DNA of 64,000 bases from Macrostomum lignano (taxonomy: Eukaryota): assembly GCA_002269645.1 (NCBI GenBank), contig NIVC01000418.1, positions 62,001-126,000 of the forward strand, read 5' to 3'. The position numbers were made by a program, and so were the translations under genes. Below, piece by piece: positions 11,648 to 25,268 of the stretch (position 1 is its first letter; every line of letters begins with the position of its first letter). The notes under the pieces were generated by a model, which was not told where the DNA came from, made no database searches, and saw only the letters and a program-made list of their open reading frames with translations.

Positions 11648-14430
11648 CTCTATCCTCTCCCTCTCTCTGTCCACACCCTCACTCTACCCTCTCCCTCTCT
11701 CTATCCTCTCCCTCTCTCTGTCCACTCCCTCTATATCCTCTCCCTCTTGATGTAACCGCCCTTGTCGCCTGTCCGCTCCTATTGAGAGACGAACGCTTGG
11801 CTAGAGGGGGCAATGACCGTAGGCTGCCTATGACCGGGCAATGACCTGACGGACCTCCAGCACCAGACTGTCCCGCCCACATGATTAGTAGCTTTGGTAG
11901 CGCTTCGTGACCAGAGGGCCAAGGACCCACATGGACCCCACCTGTAGCCAAGGTGCAATAGTTGGTCACTCGGTCATGGTATGACCGAGTGGCTGCCACC
12001 ACTCTATGTGACCTGGCGCACCTGGATCTTTCTACCAGACCTCTCGAGGCTAGAGCCCCGCCTGGATTGGTTACCAGGGGATTTAGGCTAACAGGGGAGA
12101 CGCATGCAGCCGAGTACAGGGACTCTGCTTGGGGCATGATCGGGAACTCTGGGCTCAATCCTGGAGGATTTCTCAGCAGGGGATCCTTTGTGGCTGTGAG
12201 CGAGGCTGACTTGCGACTTTGATTACTAAGAGTAGTATGAGGCGAACATGTACTGTCTCTAGTTTAGATTGCTCAGGGCGAAGGGACGCGTTAGCATGGG
12301 GTTGCAACCTTCCTACTGCCATTCTGTGCCAAAACTCGCTAATCACCCTCCACTGCACGCACTCCCGAACCCGCCGCACGCACTCACACAGGCGGGCTTT
12401 GCACGGGGAGAGGCCATTAGCTTACCCAAACTTCCTTATGCTTTGCCACCCCGGGAGAAAGGCTTAGCAAGCCATGAGTTAAATGATGGTGAAAGATTGA
12501 ATAATGATGAAGTTAGTTAGTAGTTAGTAATTAGGCCTCTAGGCGAATAATTAGGCAATTAGGCGGCTTCACTATTGAGTAAAATACAGCAAAAATTTAC
12601 GGTATCACAATTGGCTCAGCTCTCTAATCAGACAATGGAAAATAGGCAAACCCCGGATAAGCAAAGGCAATTAGAGCACAAATTAGTAACAGGAACTTAC
12701 CGGCAGCTGCACAGAGAGAGAGAGAGGCGGAGTGACCGAGGGCGGCTGTAGGCTGCAGTCAGGCAGACAGTGAAGCGGCGATGCGCTGGAGCGACGAGGC
12801 GCTGATGTAGATCAGGCGATGCTGATGATGCTGGGCGGTATCAGACCGCTGGCCGATAGGCGAGCTCACTTGGGGAGCTAAGGATAACTTGGCGGTAACA
12901 GACCGCGGACCGGCAGGGATTCGTCTTAGAGACGAATGGGTCAGAACTCAAGCTGACAGCAAGTCCAAAGAAGGACGAGGAGAGGAAGAGTCTGAGGATT
13001 CTCATGCCGAAATCGCTTCCTTTTATAGACCTCACAGCCGCCTCCTCAAGGTCGTTACCATGGCTCCCTCTCTCTGATTGGCTGCCGGCAGAATGACGTC
13101 AGAATGAGTCATGATGAGAAGCATGAGACCGGCATAGCAACATGAGAAATCGGGAAATTGCGCAATCCGGAGGTGGGGTGGGGGGATAATTGGCGCAGCG
13201 GGTGGTCGCGAAAGTATTGCGCAAGCAAACATTGAGAACAATAGGGCTGGGGTCGAGAACAAAGGAATTGGAAAACGGGGATAATTGGGGAGAACTGAGA
13301 ACAATGGAAAAGTAAACATTGGGGAAAAGGTGATAATTAGGTGCGAAAACGAGAACAAAAGAAAGAGAAAATCGGAGAAAATTTGATAATTGGTGGGGTT
13401 CGAGAGAACAAAAGAAACAAAAACGAGAACAATAGAAGCGGAGGTGGGGTGGGTGTCGCATGAGAAATTTGGGGAGGAGAACAATGGCGTGAGAAAAGGT
13501 TGCGCAAGAGAGGGGGGATGAGTCATCGATGAGTCACCGAGGGGGAGAGGGGGTCACACGACTTGCGTCACCGTTTGGGAGTTTGAGAGGGTATGGGGAG
13601 ACGGTGAGCACACAACATACTGTAAGTAGACACAGAGAAAGAGGGGGGGCAGCGCAGGAAAAGAGTGCAGAGGGAGACAAAAAGAGGGGAGATAGGGAAA
13701 GTACAGGAAGAATAGGGCGGAAAACAGAAGAGATAGGGTAGAGGGGGAGGTACAGAAAGGGGTAGGGGGCTCCGGAAAGGCAGGTGTGGCGGCAGGGGAG
13801 ACGGGACCAAGGCAGCAGGAGGGGTGCAGCAGAGCGGGAGTCTCCAGGCCCGGTCGGAGACCTGGCCGAGTCTTGACAGCTCTGTGCAGAGGGTGCACGG
13901 GATAGGAGGCACTTTCGAAAAAGTTCCCATGCCCTATCCCGCGACCAGAGCGTGGTTACATCACTCTCTCTATCCTCTCCCTCTCTCTATCCTCTCTCCC
14001 TCTCTATCCTCTCTCCCTCTCTATCCTCTCCCTCTCTCTATCCTCTCCCTCTCTCTGTCCACTCCCTCTCTCTATCGTCTCCCTCTCTCTATCGTCTCTC
14101 TCTCTCTATCGTCTCCCTCTCTCTATCGTCTCCCTCTCTCTATCGTCTCTCTCTCTCTATCCTCTCTCCCTCTCTATCCTCTCTCCCTCTCTATCCTCTC
14201 CCTCTCTATCCTCTCTCCCTCTCTATCCTCTCCCTCTCTATCCTCTCTCCCTCTCTATCCTCTCCCTCTCTATCCTCTCCCTCTCTCTATCCTCTCTCCC
14301 TCTCTATCCTCTCCCTCTCTCTATCCTCTCTCCCTCTCTATCCTCTCCCTCTCTCTATCCTCTCCCTCTCTCTATCCTTTCCCTCTCTCTATCGTCCCCC
14401 TCTCTATCTCTCCCTCCCTCAACCTTCTCC
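11648..14430. repeat. CT-rich low-complexity minisatellite (CTCTCTATCCTCTCC), split by the solo LTR
   Basis: The same motif lies on both sides of the insertion: 11648-11747 and 13964-14430. Confidence 0.9.
11748..13963 (-). mobile_element. 2216-bp solo LTR (Gypsy/BEL-type TG...CA termini)
   Basis: 10-bp perfect inverted termini TGATGTAACC...GGTTACATCA with a 4-bp CTCT duplication and no credible ORF. On the minus strand: AP-1 site (13105-13111), CRE (13094-13101), CCAAT (13077-13081), TATAAAA (13021-13027) and a GTAAGT donor at 12700. Confidence 0.7.
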
Positions 14431-14877
14431 CTATGTTAAGCAGTATATTCTCACAGGTTTCTATCACAGGTGCATACAAAGAAGGGCAGCTCCAGGCTAC
14501 TAAGACAGGCGGACCAATGAAAGACACTTATATACTTGAGAAAGCATGGACTTGGAAATTGTTTAAACCAAATTCGGGATTAAATATTTTTTCGAAAATT
14601 CAATTCTCTCCATTTACACAGATCTTTAAAGAAGTAACAAGATTCCAGTAAAGCGATTTCGCAATATTTGAGCCTTAAATTCTTAAGGATAAGCCATCTT
14701 CCCAAGCTCCACAAAAAGCCGTTTGCTTTGGAGGGATTTTTTCCTTTTTAAGCCATTTCAGAAATCCATTTTTGGTAATGTGCCAAATTTCTAATCGGGT
14801 GAAATTCTCACATCCGCCAGATAGAAAATCTCTGGGTGAGATGAGCTGGTGAGGTAGTCAGTGAGACAACAGCTGTC

Positions 14878-15438
14878 CTGTCTGAGAGCCTGAGCTCTGC
14901 TATCTCAGTGCCTGAGCTCTGATGTCTCAGTGCCTGAGCTCTGCTGTCTCAGTGCCTGAGCTCTGATGTCTCAGTGCCTGAGCTCTCCTGTCTCAGTGCC
15001 TGAGCTCTCCTGTCTCAGTGCCTGAGCTCTGCTATCTCAGAGCCTGAGCTCTGCTATCTCAGAGCCTGAGCTCTGCTATCTCAGTGCCTGAGCTCTGATG
15101 TCTCAGTGCCTGAGCTCTGATGTCTCAGTGCCTGAGCTCTGCTATCTCAGAGCCTGAGCTCTCCTGTCTCAGTGCCTGAGCTCTCCTGTCTCAGTGCATG
15201 AGCTCTCCTGTCTCAGTGCCTGAGCTCTCCTATCTCAGTGCATGAGCTCTCCTGTCTCAGTGCCTGAGCTCTCCTGTCTCAGTGCCTGAGCTCTCCTGTC
15301 TCAGTGCATGAGCTCTCCTGTCTCAGTGCCTGAGCTCTCCTATCTCAGTGCATGAGCTCTCCTGTCTCAGTGCATGAGCTCTCCTGTCTCAGTGCCTGAG
15401 CTCTCCTGTCTCAGTGCTTGAACTCTGCTGTCTGAGTG
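14878..15438. repeat. 22-bp minisatellite (TGAGCTCTCCTGTCTCAGTGCC)
   Basis: About 25 copies; each unit contains CTCAG-tgc-CTGAG and the palindrome GAGCTC. Confidence 0.95.
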
Positions 15439-15706
15439 CTTATATATTTTCTCTCTCTAGAAATTCTACTCCTCATTTACTCTGTGTCGGTGATAACCGA
15501 CAAGCCCGCAAGTTTTTATGCTTATTTGAATTGTGTGTGGATTAATTAACGATTGAGGCTGTTTATGGCTAAGAAACTAACTAAAATTTCCAATCTCGCT
15601 AATTTACGAGCGAGTCAGTGAAAACTTTATTTAGATTTATCGAGACTCAAGTACTTCCACTACAGTTGAATCTTAATTGTGAGCAGGGCAACCCCTGCAG
15701 TTCCGC

Positions 15707-16677
15707 TTAGTTCGCATGCAGCTCCATGGGCCTGCCGTAGCAGGAGATCGGATGGAACAGACAGGCCGCGTTCCCGCCAGGCAGTTTGGCCGCGCTGACT
15801 TCGGCGTCCAGCTGGCGGGACAGTTCAAGCCGACTTGGCTGCGTGTACAAACGATTGTGCTGCCTCTTTAGCGGCTCCTGGAGTTGTGGCTTCGGCGGCG
15901 TCACTTTTAGCTTGTCACCGGAAGTGACTCTGCGGAGAGCTTCCGCAGCCAGGTGCATCTTGCGTTCAGCGTCGCCGAGTCGCAGTGCAACTGACTTCAT
16001 CCGGGTCAGAAGTTTTGCGGCACCATCAACCTGAGGATTGCTGGGCTAAAACGGATGAATTGGACGAGTGACAAGCAGCAGAACCCACTGCAGCTAAGGA
16101 AGCATGGCTCTTGAAAAGTTCTTTAACCGTGTCATTTGTAAGTAAAGCCCCGCTGAGAAATAAATCAGATGCTAATAACGTTGAGCTAAGCTTTGCTGTT
16201 GTGCTGCATATTGTAATTCAGTGAATTACAATTACTGCTAACTATTTATATCTCAGAAACTAATCTCTCTAATCTTCGGTAAGGTCTCCCAAGCCTCTAT
16301 TGAAGTTCAGGTACGTTAACTCTTCATATACTTGGGTTGAAGCTACGAGCGTACATAAGAAACTCTACTGGCTTAGGAAGTCTTCAATTATGAGTATTTC
16401 GTAAGTACATGGGGGAACTAAAGACAGGCTCACTGCGGACTATTCAACATCCATATTCTACGAAAACGATTTAGATTTAGATGTAGATCTTTATGTCTGA
16501 CACTGTTGACTGGGGTGTGGAAGGTCTAAGGTTCTAAAAAATAGTCGTCAGGTTGAAATCGATGAAACTTACGTTGCTAGGACTAGCATCAGATTCCGTG
16601 ATGGGTTGAATGGCCGAACCAAGGTGAGCCAGGTTGAGTAGAATAGCCAGAGCTGCAAGATGCTGGCTGAGTTTCAT
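15707..16677 (-). CDS. Neuropeptide precursor, allatostatin-C/somatostatin-like (142 aa)
   Basis: Exon 1, 16677-16573, encodes signal peptide MKLSQHLAALAILLNLAHLGSA and ends at a gtaagt donor. Exon 2, 16030-15707, joins in phase 0. It has RR and KR sites and a C-terminal CLFHPISCY-GR, with C-x6-C spacing like insect AstC CYFNPISCF plus an amidation signal. Confidence 0.8.
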
Positions 16678-17473
16678 GGCTTGGTCAGTTGTGCTCTTAA
16701 ACTGCTCTTCCCATGAGAAGCAAATGCGTCAATTTACCTCCTTAAATACTCTCGTCTCAGAGGAACAACAGGATTTTCAATTTCTTACACCCTACTGCCA
16801 GTAGTAGACTTTAGTGAAACATTGATTGTATTTAACTAAATCAGTTTTTTAAGGGTATTTCTAACACGAACTGCCACAACATGTCTTAGATACTGTAAGG
16901 TACGTGGATGCGTAAAGGTACACATGTACCTGGATACCCACCAGTAAAGGTACCTAGATACCTAAAGATACCTAAAGATACCTGGATACCTAAAGATACC
17001 TGGATACATAGAGATACCTGGATGTGGATACCTAAAGATACCCGAATTACAGGAAGATACCCAAGTGCTTTAAAATGTACCTGGACGTCCATTTAAGGCG
17101 TTACAGATCGCTAACTCGGCATACAAAACAAATTTGTCCTCATTTTCCCCAACCCTATTTTGATTGCTTTCGACTTTGAATGCATTAGGTTGGTCCCCAT
17201 GCACTAAAAAGATTTGCATAAAAAACTTTATTTTTGCAAGTAGCTTAACAATGACTGCAAACAATGCTTGTCTTTCAAACTTCGGGACAGAGCTAAAAAC
17301 ATTTTGCGACCGGAATAAAATCTCTGGGTAGACAGAAAAAGCTGTTTTTATGGGAAATTTCAACTTAAAAGTCTATGTCATAAACATCGGCGCTGAGACT
17401 TAATTTTTTAAACAGATCCTAAAAACAATTTTGTTGCATCAATTTCAAACATACTGACTTCTCTGCATCCTTA

Positions 17474-18334
<861 letters not shown>

Positions 18335-18575
18335 GTGAATAACTGGACAGTGCAATAAAAATGACTGGCAAGCAAGTATTTTTCGACCGCCTGGGATGCT
18401 AGAATTTGTGAGGCTTTATTTAAGCAGGATATATATTGCCTGTATTGTACTTTTGAATTCAATTTTAGATTCAATTTTGTTGTTGTTGTATTTCATAGAG
18501 TTTTCCGTATTCAGTTGTTTGTACTTCAAAGTTAAGCCAGCTGTATCCGTGCACATCAGCCGAGCGTCCACCTGC

Positions 18576-21500
18576 TCAGGGTCCCTCTGTAGGCAGTTGA
18601 ACCAACAGCCTGACAGCCTTCAGAGAATTCTTGTTGCCATGCACACTATACCAGTGCACGGCCTTGGGAAAGTTGTCAACCTGGCCCGAGGTCATCCAGC
18701 CGTTCGGGTTAACGTTAGAGCAGCCGCGAAACCACCAGCCGGCGGCGCCGTGATAGATGAGGCTGCAGGATCCGCCGAAATTGTCATTGTCCCTGTCCAT
18801 TGTTGAGAACTTTTCGCCTCTGCAGAGTGACAGAGAATCTCCGGTGACGTTCGAATTGGCGCTGAGAAATCCGGCATAGTCCATTGTGTACTGCGTGCTG
18901 GCGTTCTTCACGACGAATCCCAAATACTCGGCCGAGAACATGGCGTCGGACCAGTCAAAGAGTTCGGCTCTTAGAGTACTGTTGGACAGAGATGTTATCA
19001 GGCTGAGCAGTTCGAGACCTGACAACCAGTGCGGAAATGCGAGCTATGACTGAGATAGTGTCACAAGAGCAATGTGATCAAAATTAATTTGACATGGACA
19101 TTGTGACAAGGATATTGTGACCATTATAGTAATAAATAATAATAATACGAGAAATAATTGATTAGACCTGCCCTTATGAGCAGATGTGCAACCGACAGCT
19201 CAGCCGCAGCTATACAGCTGCGTACGGCTGTTCAGTCCAAGGACTGGGAGGGGGGGGGGTCGCCAAACACCCTCAATTACCCCAGCTAATGCTGGCACCC
19301 ATTTTACAGCTGGGTGAACTGAAGCAATGTAGAGTTAAAAGTCTTGCTCAAGGCCTTAGTGTCTTAGTCAAGGATCCACAAATTGTTCCCGTGGGATCGG
19401 GAATCGAACCCCCGACCTTCAAGTCGGGTATTGTGGTGACCAAAGTGACCATAGTAATAAAACAACAGTAATATGTGCATCAGAAACAGCGAGAACTACC
19501 TCAAGAAAACCAATGGAATCCGACCAACAAAATCCTTACCAATCCAGAAGTTGTCCTCATCTCCAAAGCCGCTCACATAGTCCGGCCAGGGTCGGCTGAA
19601 ATTTACCGAGTCGGTCAGGCGCTGCTGAAAAACGCAGAACAGCTTCGAACCTCGGCACACTTTGCGACAGGCAGACAGTCGGGCATCTGTTTGGAAAAAG
19701 TTTATTGTTGCTGCAGAGCGATAGGATAGAGGCCTAACGCTCTACCAAGCTACTCTACCGAGTTACTCTACCAAGCTACTCTACCGAGCTTCTCTACCAA
19801 GCTACTCTACCGAGCTACTCTACCAAGCTACTCTACCGAGCTACTCTACCAAGCTACTCTACCAAGCTACTCTACCAAGCTACTCTACCAAGCTACTCTA
19901 CCAAGCTACTCTACCAAGCTACTCTACCGAGTTACTCTGCCGAGCTACTCTGTTCACTGGCATCCAATATATTTGTACTGTTTATCCCTACTTTGACCGA
20001 AATTCTATCCAGTTCGTGCGCTATCCCCGCTTGTGAAGGCGTAAACAAGTTATTGTGAGGTTTTGAGAATTTGCGATAAATTTATTGGTTTCTAAAGTGC
20101 CCCATCTATCATGTGTCTGAGTACAGACCTGCAAACTCAAAGCTATTGGAAGTTGACGCCTTGGTGAGCAAACTTAACCATTGTAACATTATTTCTGCAG
20201 CTTTCCAGCTGACTTAAATTGCACCTTTTTAAAGTAAATTTAGCCATTCTTACACACTACATCCGCAGTTCTCATGGTTACGGCACAGGGGGGGCTCTAG
20301 CACTGGGGTTGATGTTGACTCACTGTCAGTGAGAGACACAGTTTCACTCACTGATGATACAGCTGCAGTTTTTTTGCAGTACCTGAGGGTATCGTTGCAT
20401 TTTCACTTTACTCACTTTGGTATATTCACTGGGGGCTTCGGACTCATGGGGGATCAGCAGTGGGGGGGCCTCTTCTGCCTCTCCGGTGTTGAGAATGCGG
20501 AGCACTTCACCCGTGACTGTCCCGCCTCTACTCAGGACAGGCTCACCTACCAAGGCCCAAAACTGAGAATCTTTGTCAGTTCGTCCGCTACCCAAGGGCT
20601 ACCGGGCGAGCGACCATCCACCTTCTGGATTCTCCCGAGGGGGACCGCACTGCGGACACCGGCACCACCGGAACTCCCTGCGCAGCACCAGCTGCCCGTG
20701 GTCGCCAGGGGTTAGCGGGAATAGGCGCACAACGCCTCCCGGCTGTATCAAGAAATGATTCATTTAATGAGCGGTGTAATCAAGCCCTGAGCCCTAAGTG
20801 TTTGTGATCTGATGATGGCTCTGGATGTTCATACTCAAACCAGTCTTGTCATACGTACTAGACCCTGCCTGATGTAACCCATGGATGTCTAAAAAAAATT
20901 AAGTGGCTCTTGCGTCTTATCTATATAACTGAACTCCCTATTTATCTAAAGTTGTGTTCATGATCGAATTCATATTCAAGGCTGTCCATGAAGCCAGAGG
21001 GTGTCCATGAAGCCAGAGGGTGGGACCCAGTGGGTGGAACTGAACTTAGAAGGTCTATGCAGCCAAGAAGATGTTTAAGAAGCTTATGAAGCCACAGCTT
21101 ATGTGGCTTTATGAAGCCACACGGTGTCCATGAATCCAGAGGGTGTCCATGAATCCAGAGGGTGTCCATGAACCCAAAAGGTGTCCATGAATCCAGAGGG
21201 TGTCCATGAACCCAGAGGGTGTCCATGAACCCAGAGGGTGTCCATGAACCCAGAGAATGTCCATGAAGCCATAGTGTCCATGAATCCAGAGGGTGTCCAT
21301 GAATCCAGAGGGTGTCCATGAACCCAGAGGGTGTCCAATCCGGAATGTCTCACCGGCTTTGTGATGCGTCATGCCTTGCGCTCGACTCGACAGGCTGCAA
21401 ACGCCAGCTTGCGAATCGAAACGCAGGTAGCCGCAGGCGTCTCGCATGGCGCACAGAATCGAGCAGGTCGTCTGGCTGTCCGCTGGCAGTTCGATGGAGA

Positions 21501-22942
21501 GATTTTCACCAGCAGCCAAGACGCTGGCCGATGGAGCGGGCGGACAGCTGGCCTCGAACGGCTCGAAGCGTTGCGAGGCTGATGGATGTTTAATGACGCT
21601 GATGTTTAATATTTACTATACAGAATCTTTTAATGGTCTCTCCCGCAGGAGTTGCCTTATTCCAACCTTTGCTCAACATAAAGTATGCTAAAACGGCCCT
21701 TTTGAGGCTCCAACATTAAGTTTTCTAAAACGGTCCTTTTAAGGGCCTAACATAAGGTATACTAAAACGGCCCTTTAAAGGGCGTGGAATTATATGCAAA
21801 AATATTTTGTTTCTTTAATTCTGCTTTTTCTAGTCTAACTATACTTTTTTGCGATTGAATTTGTCCAAACTGCAAAACCTTTCGTCCACAAATGCTTTCT
21901 TAATGGGAGCTAAATTTAGATCATACCATAGACAACTGTGTTCACGCAAAACGGTTCATCCAGTTTGTAAAACATTTCGTCCCCCAGACTAGAGACCGAC
22001 CGAGTGTACTGTTCCTACCATAGTTAACACCCAATTGACAGTTCGCTTTTGCTACCACTACAGCTACAGCTACATTTTGAAGAGAGAGGTCGAAGCTGCA
22101 CTGCACGTGAATACACAGGAGAAGTGCCAGCAATGGACCAATCACACTGTGGGTTACTACGGCCGCTGTTTGGCCTACGAAGACATTTTGAACTAACATT
22201 CTAACAAGAGACACTGTTTTTGCTTTGTTCAATATCTCGTGATATCAAATAAAGTCGCTCCGTTTAGCTGTTAGCTGTTTGGACGTAGGTTTAGACGAAA
22301 TGTTTTACAAACTGGATGAACCGTTTTGCGTGAACACAGTTGTCTATGGTATAATCTAAATTTAGCTCCCATTAAGAAAGCATTTGTGGACGAAAGGTTT
22401 TGCAGTTTGGACGAATTCAATCGCAAAAAAGTATAATTGTTAAAGTATAATGCCCTACGCTATTTTTCCGATATGGTTTTTCTGTTTTATGTTCCAGTTA
22501 AAGTGAGGTTTTCTATGGCCAAACCTACGAGTATTTTGGCAGACAGAAAGGAGACAACGTGAAAGAACTGAAATTTGACATTGTTTAGCAATTTGACGAT
22601 CATTATTCACATTTTTAATGCAGAACAATCCAATACTACAAACAATGCATTGTCTGTAGGATCGTCAAACAGAAAAACAATGCAAAGAATCAGCGGTCCC
22701 AGTGCGTGACAACGATTGTCTATGGCTCGCGCCGCTGATTATTTATCCATTGTCACTCACAATTTCACAACACTTTCCCTACAATAGTCTAGGAGGCTTT
22801 GAATTGAGAAAAAATGAGCAAGTCGCAGAAGCCTCAGCTCACCTGAGCCTGGGGCACAGCCGGGAGTCGCATCAGCCGTGACGGTGCCAGCATGCAGCAG
22901 AGCAGTCAGTAAAATCCAGCAAGGCCATCCGGCAGCAGACAT
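18576..22942 (-). CDS. Secreted PAN/apple + fibrinogen C-terminal domain protein, copy 3 (intact, 304 aa)
   Basis: Exons 22942-22843 (signal peptide), 21578-21354 (PAN: CSILCAMRDAC.Y..F....GVC), 19686-19540 (FQQRLTDSVNFSRPWPDYVSGFGDEDNFWI) and 19018-18576 (FSTMDRDND, GWWFRGC, SLKAVRLL). All GT-AG, phase 1; total 915 nt, open. Confidence 0.88.
19213..19427 (-). mobile_element. CORE-type tRNA SINE (family B), copy with a truncated head
   Basis: Homologous to 53673-53909; B-box GGTTCGATTC is present. Confidence 0.75.
19740..19950. repeat. 13-bp minisatellite (GCTACTCTACCAA)
   Basis: About 15 copies. Confidence 0.95.
20575..20755 (-). repeat. Second copy of the GC-rich dispersed repeat at 10600-10815
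   Basis: Inverted homology by direct comparison. Confidence 0.7.
20983..21337. repeat. 19-bp minisatellite (GAATCCAGAGGGTGTCCAT)
   Basis: Main array at 21122-21337; sibling of the 32158-32990 array in opposite orientation. Confidence 0.9.
21842..22433. mobile_element. 592-bp MITE with ~140-bp terminal inverted repeats and TA duplication (Tc1/mariner-like)
   Basis: 21842-21981 is the near-perfect reverse complement of 22294-22433; ends are TA|TACTTTTTTGCG and CGCAAAAAAGTA|TA. Confidence 0.85.
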
Positions 22943-23571
22943 GCTGAATTTGTTGAGGAATTGCCACTGGAAGTTTTGCTTCAGAGGTCCGGAGGTGAGC
23001 AGCTCTCCTCACCGTTTCCATGCAACATATTTATGGCAGTTCTGAGGAAAGGAAGTGTCATCCATGCATTTAATTGGCTGGCTGCAGACTTTGGAGTGAG
23101 CTGCACTTTTTAGAAGATGGCGATTCGTCTGTGTTGGATCTTACATTAACCCTGCGCCATTAGTCACAGCTCACCCTGGTTGTTGAAACCGGTTGAACAA
23201 TGGTAGGCTTTTTAACCCTAATGCGAAAAACCGGCCTACGCAAAAATTCAAAGACCTTAAAATTTTTTAAATAAGTTTACATCGAATTGAAAAGTACTTT
23301 TATGTTAGTGCTTGATTGTAATTAGATGCATTCAAATATATATTCAGCTTCCAAATTTCAGCAATGTAATTCTCATTTTTTTATTTGTGGCAAAAAATAG
23401 TGTCAATAACCGGTTAAATAGCATATTAGATCGACATTGAAGCTGAGTACGGGCCATACGTCTCAAAATGCTATTTAAAAGCATCATACCGGTAAGATTT
23501 ATGCGTTTATCTTCGTAAAGACGTACAGGCATGAATAATGCACGCATGTCGCCTCAATTCCCAGTTCTGCA

Positions 23572-24100
23572 CAGTCAGTCATCTGACACCCCAACCCCAA
23601 TTAGTCATTCACCTGATACCCCAACCCCAATTAGTCATTTACCTGATACGCAAACCCTAATTAGTCATTTACCTGATACCCAAACCCTAATTAGTCATTC
23701 ACCTGATACCCCAACCCCAATTAGTCATTTACCTGATACCCCAACCCCAATTAGTCATTTACCTGATACCCCAATCCCAATTAGTCATTTACCTGATACC
23801 CCAACCCCAATTAGTCATTTACCTGATACCCCAACCCCAATTAGTCATTTACCTGATACCCAAAACCCTAATTAGTCATTTACCTGATACTCAAACTCTA
23901 ATTAGTCATTCACCTGATACCCCAACCCCAATTAGTCATTTACCTGATACCCCAACCCCAATTAGTCATTTACCTGATACCCCAACCCCAATTAGTCATT
24001 TACCTGATACCCCAACCCCAATTAGTCATTTACCTGATACCCCAACCCTAATTAGTCATTCACCTGACATCGCATTCCTAATTACTCAGTCACCTGACGC
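23572..24100. repeat. 30-bp minisatellite (TACCTGATACCCCAACCCCAATTAGTCATT)
   Basis: About 17 copies. Confidence 0.95.
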
Positions 24101-24118
24101 TCAACTCTCATAGTTAAG

Positions 24119-24919
24119 TCAGGCGTCGCTCTGATCACAAGCCTCGTCCAAGCCTCCTGGAGGCGCTGGTACACCCTGGTCAATCAGGGCCAGGGCGGCG
24201 TGTAGCTCGGCACAGACGACCTCCTTCGTCGGCTGCTCCAGCATCAGCTTCGGCTCGGTGCGCGGCTGTTTAGCGCTGCGCTGGCGGAATCTCGCCATAG
24301 AGTCGGGCATCGACTGACGACCATCGTCGCTGACGCATTGCACCATCGACTCGGAGACGCTGCGCATCTCCAGTGAGTCAATCGCCCATCGACGGTTCCG
24401 AACGGCGACCTTCGATTGTTCTGGGGGGGGGGGGGGTGAAGGATATGACTGCTTTTGACAAAGAAGCAGACCCAATGTTCATATTTTGATATGTCTGCCT
24501 TTCTTATAGCTCTATTGCTATTCATACACCTTATGTTTAGAAACTTAGGATTCTATGTTGACTTTATATCCTACTTTTACATGTCCTGTGCCGAAAAAGT
24601 CTTTAAAAATGGCACAATTCGACTTATTGGTTTTATGATTCTGCTACACATTTTGTCATTAAGCTAAGAATGATAAATTGATTATCTCCGGCCCGATGGT
24701 CCCTGATGATGGTCTGGCAGCGCTCCAGGTACGCGTCGAAGATTTCTCGGCTCGTTGAAGCAGTGCTCCTGGCAGCACGGGCAGGTGAGGGTGTCCTGGT
24801 TAGCGTCGTGCACGCCTTCCAGGCACCGCAGGCAGAAGATGTGCAGGAATGTCGAACTCGCCGAAGCAGACACTGCACGTCAGAGCCGCGTAGGGGTCAG
24901 TGTTGAGTAGCCTGGCCAT
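24119..24919 (-). pseudogene. Decayed RING-HC (TRIM-like) gene, divergent from the intact RING gene
   Basis: MARLLNTDPYAALTCSVCFGEFDIP, then a frameshifting deletion, then LHIFCLRCL...LTCPCCQ. A probable second exon at ~24420-24119 follows a C-rich acceptor. Confidence 0.7.
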
Positions 24920-25268
24920 GTCAGCTGCTTTCGGGGCACTGTGTGCAAGCTCTGCGCGACTCTGGGTAAACTCGAGCAAGCGAGTACGTTTTTGTCTGAA
25001 TGCGTTTATTGTTGTTATCTTAGCTGTGTGCGCGGTTCGGCAGTCAGTGGCCCAGATAATTACTCGCAAATAAGGCACAGATTCGGTAGAAGACGACAAC
25101 AGCGACAAGCTTAAAGTGGCTTTGTACTTGGAGTATAGTGTACGCACGCCAGAGCTTGCGTTTTGCGTACGAAAATTGCAAAATGAAATAAAAGCAAGCG
25201 GACATTCAAGCCTTATGTGGCGCTTTCGCAAAGTATTTTCCCAAGCGACTCTCTTAACAGTAATTCGA

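Noticed and set aside
25116-25268. 51-aa N-terminal extension of the RING ORF
   Set aside because: It starts at a non-ATG codon and occupies the shared upstream region of the divergent pair; ATG 25269 places the RING at the usual N-terminal position.
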